Position numbers and translations under genes: made by a program. Shown piece by piece: positions 1-11,000 of a stretch of 64,000 nt of DNA; positions within the stretch are counted from its first letter, which is position 1, and every line of letters starts with the position of its first letter. The stretch is from Klebsormidium nitens (Eukaryota > Plantae > Klebsormidiophyceae), in assembly GCA_000708835.1 (NCBI GenBank), contig DF237002.1, positions 1 through 64,000 on the forward strand, given 5' to 3'. Below the pieces are notes generated by a model. It did no database searches, had not been told where the DNA came from, and saw only the letters and a list, made by a program, of their open reading frames with translations.

Positions 1-213
1 CCGCTTCACTTTGCACGGCTTTGTGACGTGATCCCCTTACCCCTCTTGTCTGACACGCTCCCTGTATGCCACCTAGATCTGCTGCCGTCTCCGCTTAGCC
101 CTCAACCAGTTCAAGCGGCTGGCGCGCTATCCCCTCCGGACCGGACGAACCGGATCAGAGCTCGAAATTGTTTCGTTCCTGCATGGTGTTCCTGCCTTTT
201 GTATTGGGCCACT

Positions 214-245
214 TTTTAGGATTTTAGGGTTTTCGGGTTTTAGTG
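214..245 (+). repeat. Four degenerate 8-bp telomere-like units (TTTTAGGG type)
   Basis: TTTTAGGA-TTTTAGGG-TTTTCGGG-TTTTAGTG in exact 8-bp register. Confidence 0.55.
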
Positions 246-1382
246 AGCCGTGCTCGTGAACTGTACTCGTTTTGCTTTGACCTGAATTTCTATTGGACTC
301 AGGAGAGTGCTCAAAGCCGCACCCTACTTTAATTCTGAGAGCTGATCCGGTCTTCTGAAAAAGTAGACTGGTCCGTCATCGGAGATGCAGTTGCGACTGC
401 ATCGAAGCTCGTTCTTCTGGTCGAGGTCTATTTTCTGGGACGATCTGTTCCAGCCATTCTTGCATCTCGGATTGCCCCTGCATCCGCCGGGCGCTGATCG
501 TATCAGAAAAGCAAGCTTTGTCGAGACGCCGTTTCTTTCCTTTCTATATGTTCTGGGCTTGTAAGACCCATTTCGTGGATTGTTCCGTGCAGTAACCCCA
601 CTGTCAAGCTAGTCACGGCGGTTTATTTCACGGTCCCGGAAGCACTCGAATAATTACGTCGAAAAATAAGAGGTTGACGTAAGCGAAGTCCCATGCGTTG
701 AAACAAGGCACTCATGGGGTGCCACTTAGCAAACATGACTGGCCGTGACAATGATACCGCGAGACTGGCTTATACGTTTCTGGTGATATTTGCGATGATT
801 ATCCGGGCCGAGCTTTTCGATTTTATCCCGGTTGAAACGCCACAAAATGATTTGCGACAAGGAAGAGCGAAATTGTGAGCATGAGTTTTCAACTGATCAC
901 ACGACATCAGTCCCGGGCAGCTTTGACAATGGCTGAATAGTCAAGTCATCGGAAAAATGCCATCACCTGACAGCGTTCACTTAACGAGATTTCTGAGAGT
1001 AGTACGCATTCAAGGAAAAAGGCTTCTTGAGCAGCGATTCCTTTGATTCAGTCCACTTAGCTTGCGCGCTCTCGTTTGTATGCGAGGGCACTTCTTCCAG
1101 GGGGTCAGGCCAACGCGAGATTCGTATTGCCAAACCTCACTTCATGACATCCAGATTTGCAGCAGTACTGTGAGATGGGCGTCGGTTGGTGATGAGGAGC
1201 CCCAGAACTAATGTGCGAGCGCGTCGCAGCTCATGAGTTGGAGCGTTCACGAGCCATTCGATCCCCGTTTCGGAGATTAATCGTCAAGCACTCGTCAAGT
1301 TTACAAGTTCAGGACGCAGCGAGAGACTCTTGGGAGAGACCACCACGTCATAGTTTGATCAGCTGATCCTGTCTTGTAACGG

Positions 1383-2320
1383 NNNNNNNNNNNNNNNNNN
1401 NNNNNNNNNNNNNNNNNNNNNNNNNNNNNNNNNNNNNNNNNNNNNNNNNNNNNNNNNNNNNNNNNNNNNNNNNNNNNNNNNNNNNNNNNNNNNNNNNNNN
1501 NNNNNNNNNNNNNNNNNNNNNNNNNNNNNNNNNNNNNNNNNNNNNNNNNNNNNNNNNNNNNNNNNNNNNNNNNNNNNNNNNNNNNNNNNNNNNNNNNNNN
1601 NNNNNNNNNNNNNNNNNNNNNNNNNNNNNNNNNNNNNNNNNNNNNNNNNNNNNNNNNNNNNNNNNNNNNNNNNNNNNNNNNNNNNNNNNNNNNNNNNNNN
1701 NNNNNNNNNNNNNNNNNNNNNNNNNNNNNNNNNNNNNNNNNNNNNNNNNNNNNNNNNNNNNNNNNNNNNNNNNNNNNNNNNNNNNNNNNNNNNNNNNNNN
1801 NNNNNNNNNNNNNNNNNNNNNNNNNNNNNNNNNNNNNNNNNNNNNNNNNNNNNNNNNNNNNNNNNNNNNNNNNNNNNNNNNNNNNNNNNNNNNNNNNNNN
1901 NNNNNNNNNNNNNNNNNNNNNNNNNNNNNNNNNNNNNNNNNNNNNNNNNNNNNNNNNNNNNNNNNNNNNNNNNNNNNNNNNNNNNNNNNNNNNNNNNNNN
2001 NNNNNNNNNNNNNNNNNNNNNNNNNNNNNNNNNNNNNNNNNNNNNNNNNNNNNNNNNNNNNNNNNNNNNNNNNNNNNNNNNNNNNNNNNNNNNNNNNNNN
2101 NNNNNNNNNNNNNNNNNNNNNNNNNNNNNNNNNNNNNNNNNNNNNNNNNNNNNNNNNNNNNNNNNNNNNNNNNNNNNNNNNNNNNNNNNNNNNNNNNNNN
2201 NNNNNNNNNNNNNNNNNNNNNNNNNNNNNNNNNNNNNNNNNNNNNNNNNNNNNNNNNNNNNNNNNNNNNNNNNNNNNNNNNNNNNNNNNNNNNNNNNNNN
2301 NNNNNNNNNNNNNNNNNNNN
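1383..2320. other. Assembly gap (938 N)
   Basis: Run of N. The 387-aa ORF 1301..2464 is an artefact of it. Confidence 1.
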
Positions 2321-2940
2321 GGTCGGCTTCCGTATCGTTACATGTCTAGCTAGGTGCTGAGAATTGTTCTGAACGTAACATGCTCTCAGGACTTCGGTCC
2401 GTTGTTCTCCTTGAAAAGGACGAACATTTTCTTTGCCAGTGTCGCTTATCGGAGGTAAAAACAAATATTAAATGCTGCAGCGCACGCTTCTCTAAGATCA
2501 TGCCGTCTCTACGAATTACGATGCCAAGTTCTCGCCAACAACGATTCGATACCTCTACCTAGCTCAGCTTCCAACATCTAGAACCGTCTAGTAGGGAGGG
2601 ACCCTCAGTGTCGACGGTCGTAAAAGCCAGCTATTGTATTGCGTATGCTGGTCTGTTCAAACAATTGCGCGGGCCCGCGGTGCTGGGCTCCTAGGAAGCA
2701 CTGCAAACCCGTTGGGCGAAACCGCCCGAGCCATATGGGCCGATCAGACTGGCAGAAATGTTAACCAACTTGGTATTCCAAACCCATCCGGTGATCCCCG
2801 GCGGCATCCCGAATTGGACGGTCAAACTCCGCAAAATGCATTCGTATGAAGAGTCTGACGTGTCGGGGAGGCAGGTGACGTCTCGGATAGGGTGATCTGG
2901 ACCGCGTTGTCCGGTACACTCCTCTGCGGCACACGGCAGA

Positions 2941-3356
2941 TGTGATCCTGGAGCAGGATCACACACGTAGCGGCAAGGGAATTCATCCCCAAGCGCCGCG
3001 AATAATTAATTTCGTTCGTTACAAGATTTTTCTTTTGACCCTAACCCGCTGGTTTACCTGCTGGTTAGCGTTATCTGGTTAACGAATTTTCCCAAAATAT
3101 TTACCCCATAATTTCTCCAAGGCCTCAAATAATTATTAAAAGATCAATTCCCTTGCCGCCACGGGTACTGGTAACTCCGGGGTGAGTGACTTAAGATTCA
3201 CAATCCCCGACCAAACAAACTAAAACACCTAACCCAGATTAATTATCCACTCCACACCCAAACCCACCCTAACCACCATGCTAACCCAACCCGTCCCCCG
3301 GGTGCTTATCTTAAGTCACCCCGCTGTTAAGTCACTCTTTAGACTTTAGTTACCAG
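2941..3356. repeat. Cluster of inverted repeats/fold-backs, possible transposon terminus
   Basis: Perfect hairpin TGTGATCCTG-gag-CAGGATCACA (2941-2963). IR 2966-2987 vs 3142-3163 (20/22 match). Second IR set CTGGTAACT/AGTTACCAG and GAGTGACTTAA/TTAAGTCACTC flanks a C-rich spacer (3168-3356). Confidence 0.6.
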
Positions 3357-3447
3357 ACTAGGTATCCTGGATTTTAACTTCGAGGCTCAGCGGAAATTCG
3401 CCAGATACAACCTATCCACTTGACGAGGATTCAGCAGATTCGGATCG

Positions 3448-3777
3448 TCAACAAAGTAAATGCTGTCCAATCAATTCCGCGAGTGGGATTTCGCCTGGGA
3501 TTCGCTCGCTGCCTTGCTTCGCGAAGCTCAGCATGGACTGACTCAGGTTTTGGGCCTGAGCAGTGATCGGCTGTGCGTCAGGAAAATCCGATAAGAGATA
3601 CGCCCTCGAGATTTGCAACCGCGCGGTACCATACCGGGCTTTGAGAGATGCACAGGTTTTAGTAGCTTTCACATGTGTGTCAAGCAAAGCAGTTTCGTCC
3701 TCCTTTGATTTCTTTGACACGAAAGCTGCGCATATCCAGCATGGCAGTATCAGCGGTATGTACTTTGAAGCGCACAT
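3448..3777 (-). mobile_element. Probable Ty1/copia gag (UBN2-type) remnant
   Basis: ATKTCASLKARYG...DAQPITAQAQNL...IPGEIPLAELIGQ resembles by eye the copia gag pattern (AKELW..L.AKFG...D.RSV..QA.E...LP......II.KL). No pol motifs were found nearby, so it is a fragment at best. Confidence 0.4.
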
Positions 3778-4485
3778 GTCCTGTACTGACCCTGTCCGAT
3801 GCTGAAATCACCTGATTTGGGGCTTTGCATGCATTCACAATTCCACATTCCAGCAGCGCCCATACGCCAATGAAACGTCTTTCCTCCAGAGAATCATGGT
3901 GTTGCACTGGTGCGCAAGATGGCGTTACATAGGTAGGTACCTACCTACCTGCCCTTGTCACCATTATCACGGTTTCAAATGGGCGGTTGTTGCAGGGAAC
4001 GTGGTCTTTCACGACCACAGGGGCAATTGCGAAACGGGCGCAATCGAGGACGGGTTACCAGTCTGAGCAGTGTGTAGGTTCCTCTTAGATGTTCCGTTTG
4101 AAGAGACTCAGTCGCAGGGGTGGCCAAAAGATTCAGCAGCACGAAGTGGCGTCTGCTCTAGGGGATCGCAGGGGTGTGGTTTGTGTCGCTAAGGCTGATG
4201 TCAGCGGACGCACTGGGTGAGGGCGAATTAAGTGATCCATGTTTGGGTTTGAGGGTTCCTTCTTTTGGCTGCTGCCAGTAGCAAACGCTGCTGCGCCTTA
4301 CTCTGGGTTTCATTGGAAGATCAATCCCTCTCTTAAGGGGTACGTGGTTCAAGTGCCACTTCTCGCGCCAGATCACAGTCGTTGAGGAGGAGACGGCCAA
4401 TCAGAGGCGCCAGACAGCATCTTTTCCTGTAAGCGCGCCCTCCTGAGCTACTTCCTGTGATGTGTGAGGTCATCAGCCCCGTAAG

Positions 4486-5571
4486 ATGAGCTCTGCGGGG
4501 GTGCGCCAATCCTTTCTGGTTTGTCGCGAGACCGGCAACTATGCCACGATTCAGGCGGCCATCGACGCGGTTCCCGACGGCGAGGGGGGGGAGTTTGTGA
4601 TCTTCATCCGGAAGGGGGTCTACCGGGAGTATGTGCATTGCCCCCCCAGCAAGGGCGCAATCGCTCTCGTTGGGGAGGACCGCGCGCTGACGCTTGTGAC
4701 TGTCGGAGAGAATCGGCTTCCGACCAAGGAGTCTGCTGCTCTGATTGTGGACTGCGCACAGTTCCGAGCTGAGAATTTGAGCTTTGAAAATGCCGCCCCC
4801 TTCTGGCAGCTGGACACGAGCCCCCCGGCGGTGGCGGCCAAGTTTCTGGGGGGGCAGTCGGAGATCAACCACTGCTCGTTTCTGGGGTGGCAGGACACGT
4901 TATGGTCAGTGGCTGGGAGTCAGCGCCTCAAAGATTGTTACATAGAGGGCCACGCAGACTGGGTACGGGGGGAGGGAACGACAGAGTTTGAGAACTGCGA
5001 GGTGCATTCGAGGGTCGACGACGCGGCCGTGTGGCCGTCAGCGCGCGGTGGGGGGGGAGAAACAAGCCCGGCAGGGTTCTACTCTCTCCTTTGGAAAATG
5101 GCGGAGGCAGAGAGATGGGGTGGGGGTGCGAACAGCTCCCAGGATGTGAATGAGCTCCCGGAGACAGTTGCTGCGCAGGGGGGTGGTGGCGCTGAAACTA
5201 CTGATTTTGAGATGCGGGTGGGCCCGTCCTCGCTGGATTCAGATCCTCTGGGGGGGTCTGAGGAGCTGAGTGTGGACCCCCCTGGAAGCTCATTGTGGTT
5301 CCCTGAGCGAACGAGCTCGGGGTTTGGGACCAGCAGTTCTGCCGAAGCGAGTCTAGGAAACGCCAGTGAAGCGAGTCTCCTCCGATGGGGCTCGGCCGGG
5401 GCAGGCGGAGGGATCGACTGGGACGCGGGCGAAATTCAGCCGGTGGTGAACCGCATGCGGGGGGGATGTGCATTGAAGCGCACGCGGTCGGGGAGAATGG
5501 AGGCGTTGCTCGCAAGCCCAGGCGCCGCGTCATGTTGCGTGCAGCCTGGCGCGAGCGTGCGGGCATGCTGA
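4486..5571 (+). CDS. PME: Pectin methylesterase (CE8)-like protein, N-terminal half only; C-terminal exon structure uncertain
   Basis: Motifs YATIQAAIDAVP, IFIRKGVYREYV, AENLSFENAA, PAVA (canonical QAVA), CSFLGWQDTL, DCYIEGHADWVRG (canonical DFIFG). After about 5080 the ORF becomes Ser/Gly low-complexity sequence and no LGRPW is visible. Possible extra exon at 5662-5788 (ctacag ... gtaagt). Confidence 0.8.
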   Translation: MSSAGVRQSFLVCRETGNYATIQAAIDAVPDGEGGEFVIFIRKGVYREYVHCPPSKGAIALVGEDRALTLVTVGENRLPTKESAALIVDCAQFRAENLSFENAAPFWQLDTSPPAVAAKFLGGQSEINHCSFLGWQDTLWSVAGSQRLKDCYIEGHADWVRGEGTTEFENCEVHSRVDDAAVWPSARGGGGETSPAGFYSLLWKMAEAERWGGGANSSQDVNELPETVAAQGGGGAETTDFEMRVGPSSLDSDPLGGSEELSVDPPGSSLWFPERTSSGFGTSSSAEASLGNASEASLLRWGSAGAGGGIDWDAGEIQPVVNRMRGGCALKRTRSGRMEALLASPGAASCCVQPGASVRAC

Positions 5572-8027
5572 CAATCTCAATTCATTCTGGGGGATGGGAG
5601 AAAAGACAGGAGAGGGGGGCGGGAGAGGGGGGCGCCGATGTGCAAATTCTTTGCTCTACAGAGTTACGGTGTTGAATGCTGTCGGCTGGTCATTCCAGCC
5701 TGCAGGAGCGGTGGTTACTGTTTGGGGGGGTCCCAAGAGAGGGACTTCTTCCAGGGATCAGCACTTCAAATTGAGGTGCTGCTACTGTGTAAGTAAGCAG
5801 TGGAGAGGTGCAGGGGACACGTGTCAACTGCTTGGGATTTTCAAGTCAATTTCACTGGTGAGTGTTTGACATTGGCGCAAGAGAAGTTAGTCGGCCTCTT
5901 GTATGGACTTGTGTGAGCAGCTTATATTCAAAAGCCCCTCTGAAGGCCGAATGTCGGAAGATTAAGCAGCTCAAATTCGAAGGCCCCCCTAGAAGGCAAA
6001 TGTTGGAAGGTTCCTCGTTGACGTTGTATGCAACTTATAAGGTTCACCTTCTGAATGGAATATGATGGAACGACTGGCAGTGCTTGGGGCAGGTCTTTGC
6101 AAGTCCTCTATTCTCTGCATAGTGAGTAGTGTGTTTCACTAGATGAAACTCAGAGTTCTAATCTGACTACTGACAAGAGGCTGCCCCTCCTTGCAGGTTG
6201 TCCCCTTCCACTTCCAAAAGTTGTCATCTGTCTCTGTTTACATTGCCCTTTTGGCTGAAATGGAGGAGTTCTTCTTGTTTAATGTCAAGTCGAGCAGCCA
6301 ACCAGCAAAGAGACTTCGAGTCTTGTACACTGTTCTGGTTGATTGCCATGGTCAAAGTCGTCTGGTTAAAGGTGCTCAGAGGCTAGTTGTTAGACTGCAG
6401 CGGAACACTTAGAGCACGCGAGGAACATGTTAGTGAGCAGATACAAGAGGCATGCAATTCACTACAGCCCTTGATTGAGCCTGCTTGTGATCAGACTCCG
6501 AAAGGTTTTGGTAGTCTAGTATTTTGGTTCATAAGGCTGACGCTTTGGCTTTTTCATAAAGGGAACGCGATAAACAAGTTAGAAGGTCTCGTCAAAACAG
6601 CGATTTATGGTGTAAAAGGCCAAACATATGTTCACTAGCTAGTAGCTCGGATGAGCTTAGGGAAGGGATCAGTATGACCATGTAATAGGAGGACTCATGA
6701 ATTGCTGATAATAATGAACGAAAACAAGTTGTCCGAGTTTTGCAAAGTAGATCACTGACTGTCCCATGACGATTATCGAGTCCCAAGTCACAAACTGAGT
6801 ATGCCAGTGCAGTGACGGTCAAGTGTGGCAAATAGTGTGTAAGGGTGATGACTTGAATGAAACCTAAATAATCTGGGGTGTGTGTACGTGCCCGTCGGAC
6901 ATTATGCATGACCATATTGTCATGTGTGTTGATGTCGCTAGACCAAACTCAACTCGTGCATGCATTGATTTGCCTAGCTGCACATGTATAATTTCCCTGG
7001 CATCCGCCGCTTGCTTAATTGTCAAGATTCTAAAGTCAGCGGGAATATATTATGAATCGAGTATCGGCGCTTGCATGTCATTCCTCGCCTGCCGGAAAGG
7101 CGCACTGAGGTAATTTTATATACAGGTCAATCTGTTTGCGCTGTTTGCAGAGCTGAGGCTAACTTGTTATTAAACCGTGACGCTAGTATAGGTTGACTCG
7201 TGTAATTGCAAAGATTGCCGCCCATATCCATGCGGTCGCATGCAAGCCTTGAGCCTGCATGAGCTGTAGAGGCTAGCTGACCGTCTCATACGACAAGGCA
7301 TGTCACTAAGTGTGGCACATGTGCACACTTGACCCTCGAACATGGTTCTCAGGCTGAAAGCCGGCCCCGGATCAGCAGCCGCCGCTGAACATGATGATGC
7401 GGTCTGGTCGGGCCGGGCTGGCTTAACATGGATCGACACTTCCTCTCATATGTTGCCGGGGCCATGCCATGATGTCAGGCTTGCGGCGTAGAAGCATATA
7501 GGGCTGATCGTCGATATAGGGTCGCGCCCCGCACTCAATTGCCGACCGGTCCGGCCCCCCAAATAACGACTAAAAAGGTCATTCATGAGCCAATGTTACC
7601 ATGTTGTCATGCGTTTGAACCTAACCATAGCAAGGATGCGCCATGCAGGCGGCATGCCGCAATAAAGATACACGTCAGCTCGAGATTCAAAAATCTCATT
7701 TGACTTGGGTATGCACGTATTATGGCTTAAGCTTCCTACATCGCTGCGGACAGCCGCCTTGATGGTACAATAGCAGAAACAGTGGAGATGTGGCCCGGCC
7801 TTCGAGAGCTTTATGCAAGCGAAAAGTACAAGCCGCCCTTCTGCACTCGTGGCCAGATCAAGGACCTCGATGACTGGTTATCCAGACGTTCTATTGAGTT
7901 CAAAAAGTTATCACAAGCTAATGTACAAATGACTGCGACTGCAGTGCCCTCTTGATAGCGGAACTCTTTTTAGCAAACGTGATGCCACATAAGGACACTG
8001 AAGCTCTTCCTACAAAGAGCAGGATTA

Positions 8028-11000
8028 CTACCCAGGAAGAGTCTCCCCGTTGCTCAGCGACGGTTTCACGAGACCCGCCGCTGCTGCATAGTCTTGCGCA
8101 CCATACGCCAACGATCTCTCGGCTTGAATCTGCATAATCAAGTACACAGGTCCGCTTTTGGCCAGTGAAACCTCCTTCTAATCTTGTATCGATGTTACAA
8201 ATCAAGCGATCCTTAGGTGAACAGGAGCGAACATCCAAACAACACGTGTTCCTGTTCACATCCAAACAACACGTGTTTCAGCGAAGAGAATTGTAAGACT
8301 GACGGCTTACAAAAGTACGGGCTAACTGGATGCGCAATCGCGCATCTGAAGTCTTCAGTGTCAGCACAATTCTAAAAAGTGCAGACGGTGATGGGCGAAC
8401 AAAACGGGTACTTCGTAGATTTAATGGGTTCTTCGCAGAAATAATATGAGTGGGGCAGAACAAGGAATTTTACCTGTAGTCTGTGGAGCAGATACATGAT
8501 GAATCCGTGCAAGCAAACCTGTAGGGGCCGGGCACGAGTTCTCGGTCAATACACGGCTGTCGGCAAAAGATTTCAGTGAGTAATTATCGAAATAAACCAT
8601 CACGTTCCTCTGCAGCACTGACGAACTTCCGCGTATCCAAGCCCTAGATTAATGCCACCTGGCGATTCACGTGGTCGTGAATTTATTTGAATCTTGTGCT
8701 GCCCGGTTTCACTAAAATCAGAGACAAGCAGTGACTTTGCCTCGCAGGTATGTTCGCCGCCGAATACTCCAGGACACTCGAATGTCATCCAAGACAGCGC
8801 TCAGCTATCCATTTCGGATCCCTTGAAGCACCAGATCAAACAAACTGTACATCTTCCGAGTAACAAAGACAGTAACAAAAACTGTCTTCAAAAAATTCCA
8901 CTCGATAACATTTACGTGCTTCAGAGAAAGAGAAGCTCATTCGTCGTCCTAGTAAACAGAGCGGAGGGCTTGACTAATGACAGAAGAGGGGAAACAGGAA
9001 AGCAACCTGACAAATACCCACGCCGCAGTCATCTCGCACAAACAGTGCAAGTCATAACGTACACTTCAGGCGTGTTCTCACCAGATAGAAGAGGAAGCCT
9101 AGCCGAGCCAGCGGCCGCCGCCAGAGGAACCGCCCGGCGGAGATGGTCCCGAAGTCGAGGAACTTGGCGGCGGTGCGAATGCTGTTGGCGTTTACCTTGC
9201 CCAGCTTGATGTCATAATCCGCCAGGGAGCTGTAGCGGAGGCCGGGAATCATCGTACGGAATTTTCATTACGTGCGAAGCAATCGGCGGAGCTGCCACGC
9301 GGGGCAAGCAATCGCGAAAACTTCTCCCCGGCTTTTCCAAGCAATATTCTGGTAGTACACAGGAGCTGCACGGAGGGGTTGAAAATCGAGCACCTACTAT
9401 TGCCTTTGACAACGTCCAAAGGTCCGAGCTTTTAGAGGCAAGGTACCCCCGACGAGAAACGTAGGGAGCATTCCGGATACACAACGTTGCCGCGTGGGTT
9501 TGATGACTCACTGTTCCAGCGACCGCATGTCGCCGACATCCTCCTCAGCCATCATGTTCTGCCGGCTCCGTACTTTCCGCTCCCGTTCCGTTTGATCCTA
9601 TTTGGGAGGGAACGGCGTAAAAATCAGGTTACAGGTGGGACAGTCATTGCAGAACGCGCTCTGAGCAGTGGGGACACTCGGAGGCGCCAAGCGCAGCACA
9701 GGCGGACATGAAGGGACGAAAAGAGCGAAAAACAAGCTCCCTAATACTTTGTCGCTTGCGGTTCTTGAGGCTAACGTAGCCCTTAAACCCAAGGGGACGC
9801 TTTGACGTAAAAAGCTTGGAAGAGAGAACGGCAGCTCTCTGTCTTACTTTGGCCTCTCATTCGCCCGTCTTGAGCGATAGTGGCGGAAGCGCATTGATCC
9901 TTATACACTCGCAAGGGCCGCCAAGATTGTTCAGGGGAAGGAATATAAGCATACCTTGAACTCCTGGAATCGCCGCATCTCCTTTTCAAGTTGAAGAACC
10001 GCAGCCGCCTTTTCAGAAGACAGCGTCTCGAGCTGGGTCTGCTTGGAGTACTGCAAAAGGAGGGGCAGTCGATGAGGTCGCCCTTACATGAGCAGTTACC
10101 GAGTGACCTCAGGACCCGAACTAAAACGTCGCATCAATGGAACCGCAGCTAAGATTTTTAAGAGTACGGACCACCTGCGAAAAGATGATGAAGTTGCGCA
10201 CAAACGGAGCCTGCGGCCCAAAACGACTGGGGCAACAAAGTGCATGTTTAGGCGGGGATTAGAAGTCGTTCGCCACTTGCTCAATCCGGAGGAGCAGAAT
10301 ACTGGAAAGTCCATTTTGAATCTGAAATCAGAACACAGCGGAGCGCACTGAAACTGCTACACTGTTGGCAGACAATTTTAAGAGATCACAGATCGAAGCA
10401 AGCAGAGCTACGAGAAGCTTGACAGCCTTCCAGGAGAATAATCAGGGATACAAAACCAGCATTCCGAAACGAAAAGTACGGAATGCCCCTTCAGAAGCTC
10501 ACCAATAGCTCTGTCAGTTCCCGGAAGCGCTTCTCAAGGGCCGCTTGAGCTTGCACCGAGCTGGAGTCGTGCTCCCGCCTCAGGGCGGCCGTCTCAACGC
10601 GCAGCTTCTGAGCCTCTGCCTGCATCACGCAAACACACTTCCCTCACTGGGCTGATGCGCACGTTATGGTAGCAGAAGGTTCTTCCTGATGCGCTGCAAG
10701 TGTAGCTTGTCGAACAAATGACGAAAGGCTTCTCGAGAGCGTAGTTAAAATACAGTGAGAAGCATACAGTTCAAAGGCGCCTGCCGTACAATCAGGGTAC
10801 TGCCCAATCATCATAGGTTCGTGGGTGAAGATAATTCACAGGTTCATGTTCAAGGCCATTGCTGATAACCGGATTGCCATGGGAAAACTTTGTTAACGAC
10901 GAAACAAGAGCCACTTTTGAGCTTCCGAACCTCTAGGTCGCTGAACTTGTTTTCGGCTTCGCGCTGCGCCCGCCTCGCTCTCTCCGCCTCTTCCCTCCAC

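Noticed and set aside
400-1382. Possible transposase/pol remnants on the minus strand
   Set aside because: All frames have many stops and I found no RT, integrase or DDE motif.
1301-2464. 387-aa ORF
   Set aside because: Artefact of the N gap.
3931-3946. Perfect 16-bp palindrome AGGTAGGTACCTACCT
   Set aside because: Explained by abutting AGGT/ACCT microsatellite units. No other support for a function.
6198-6900. Protein-like + strand frame with stops
   Set aside because: No recognisable family, and it cannot be linked to the PME gene by consistent splice phases.
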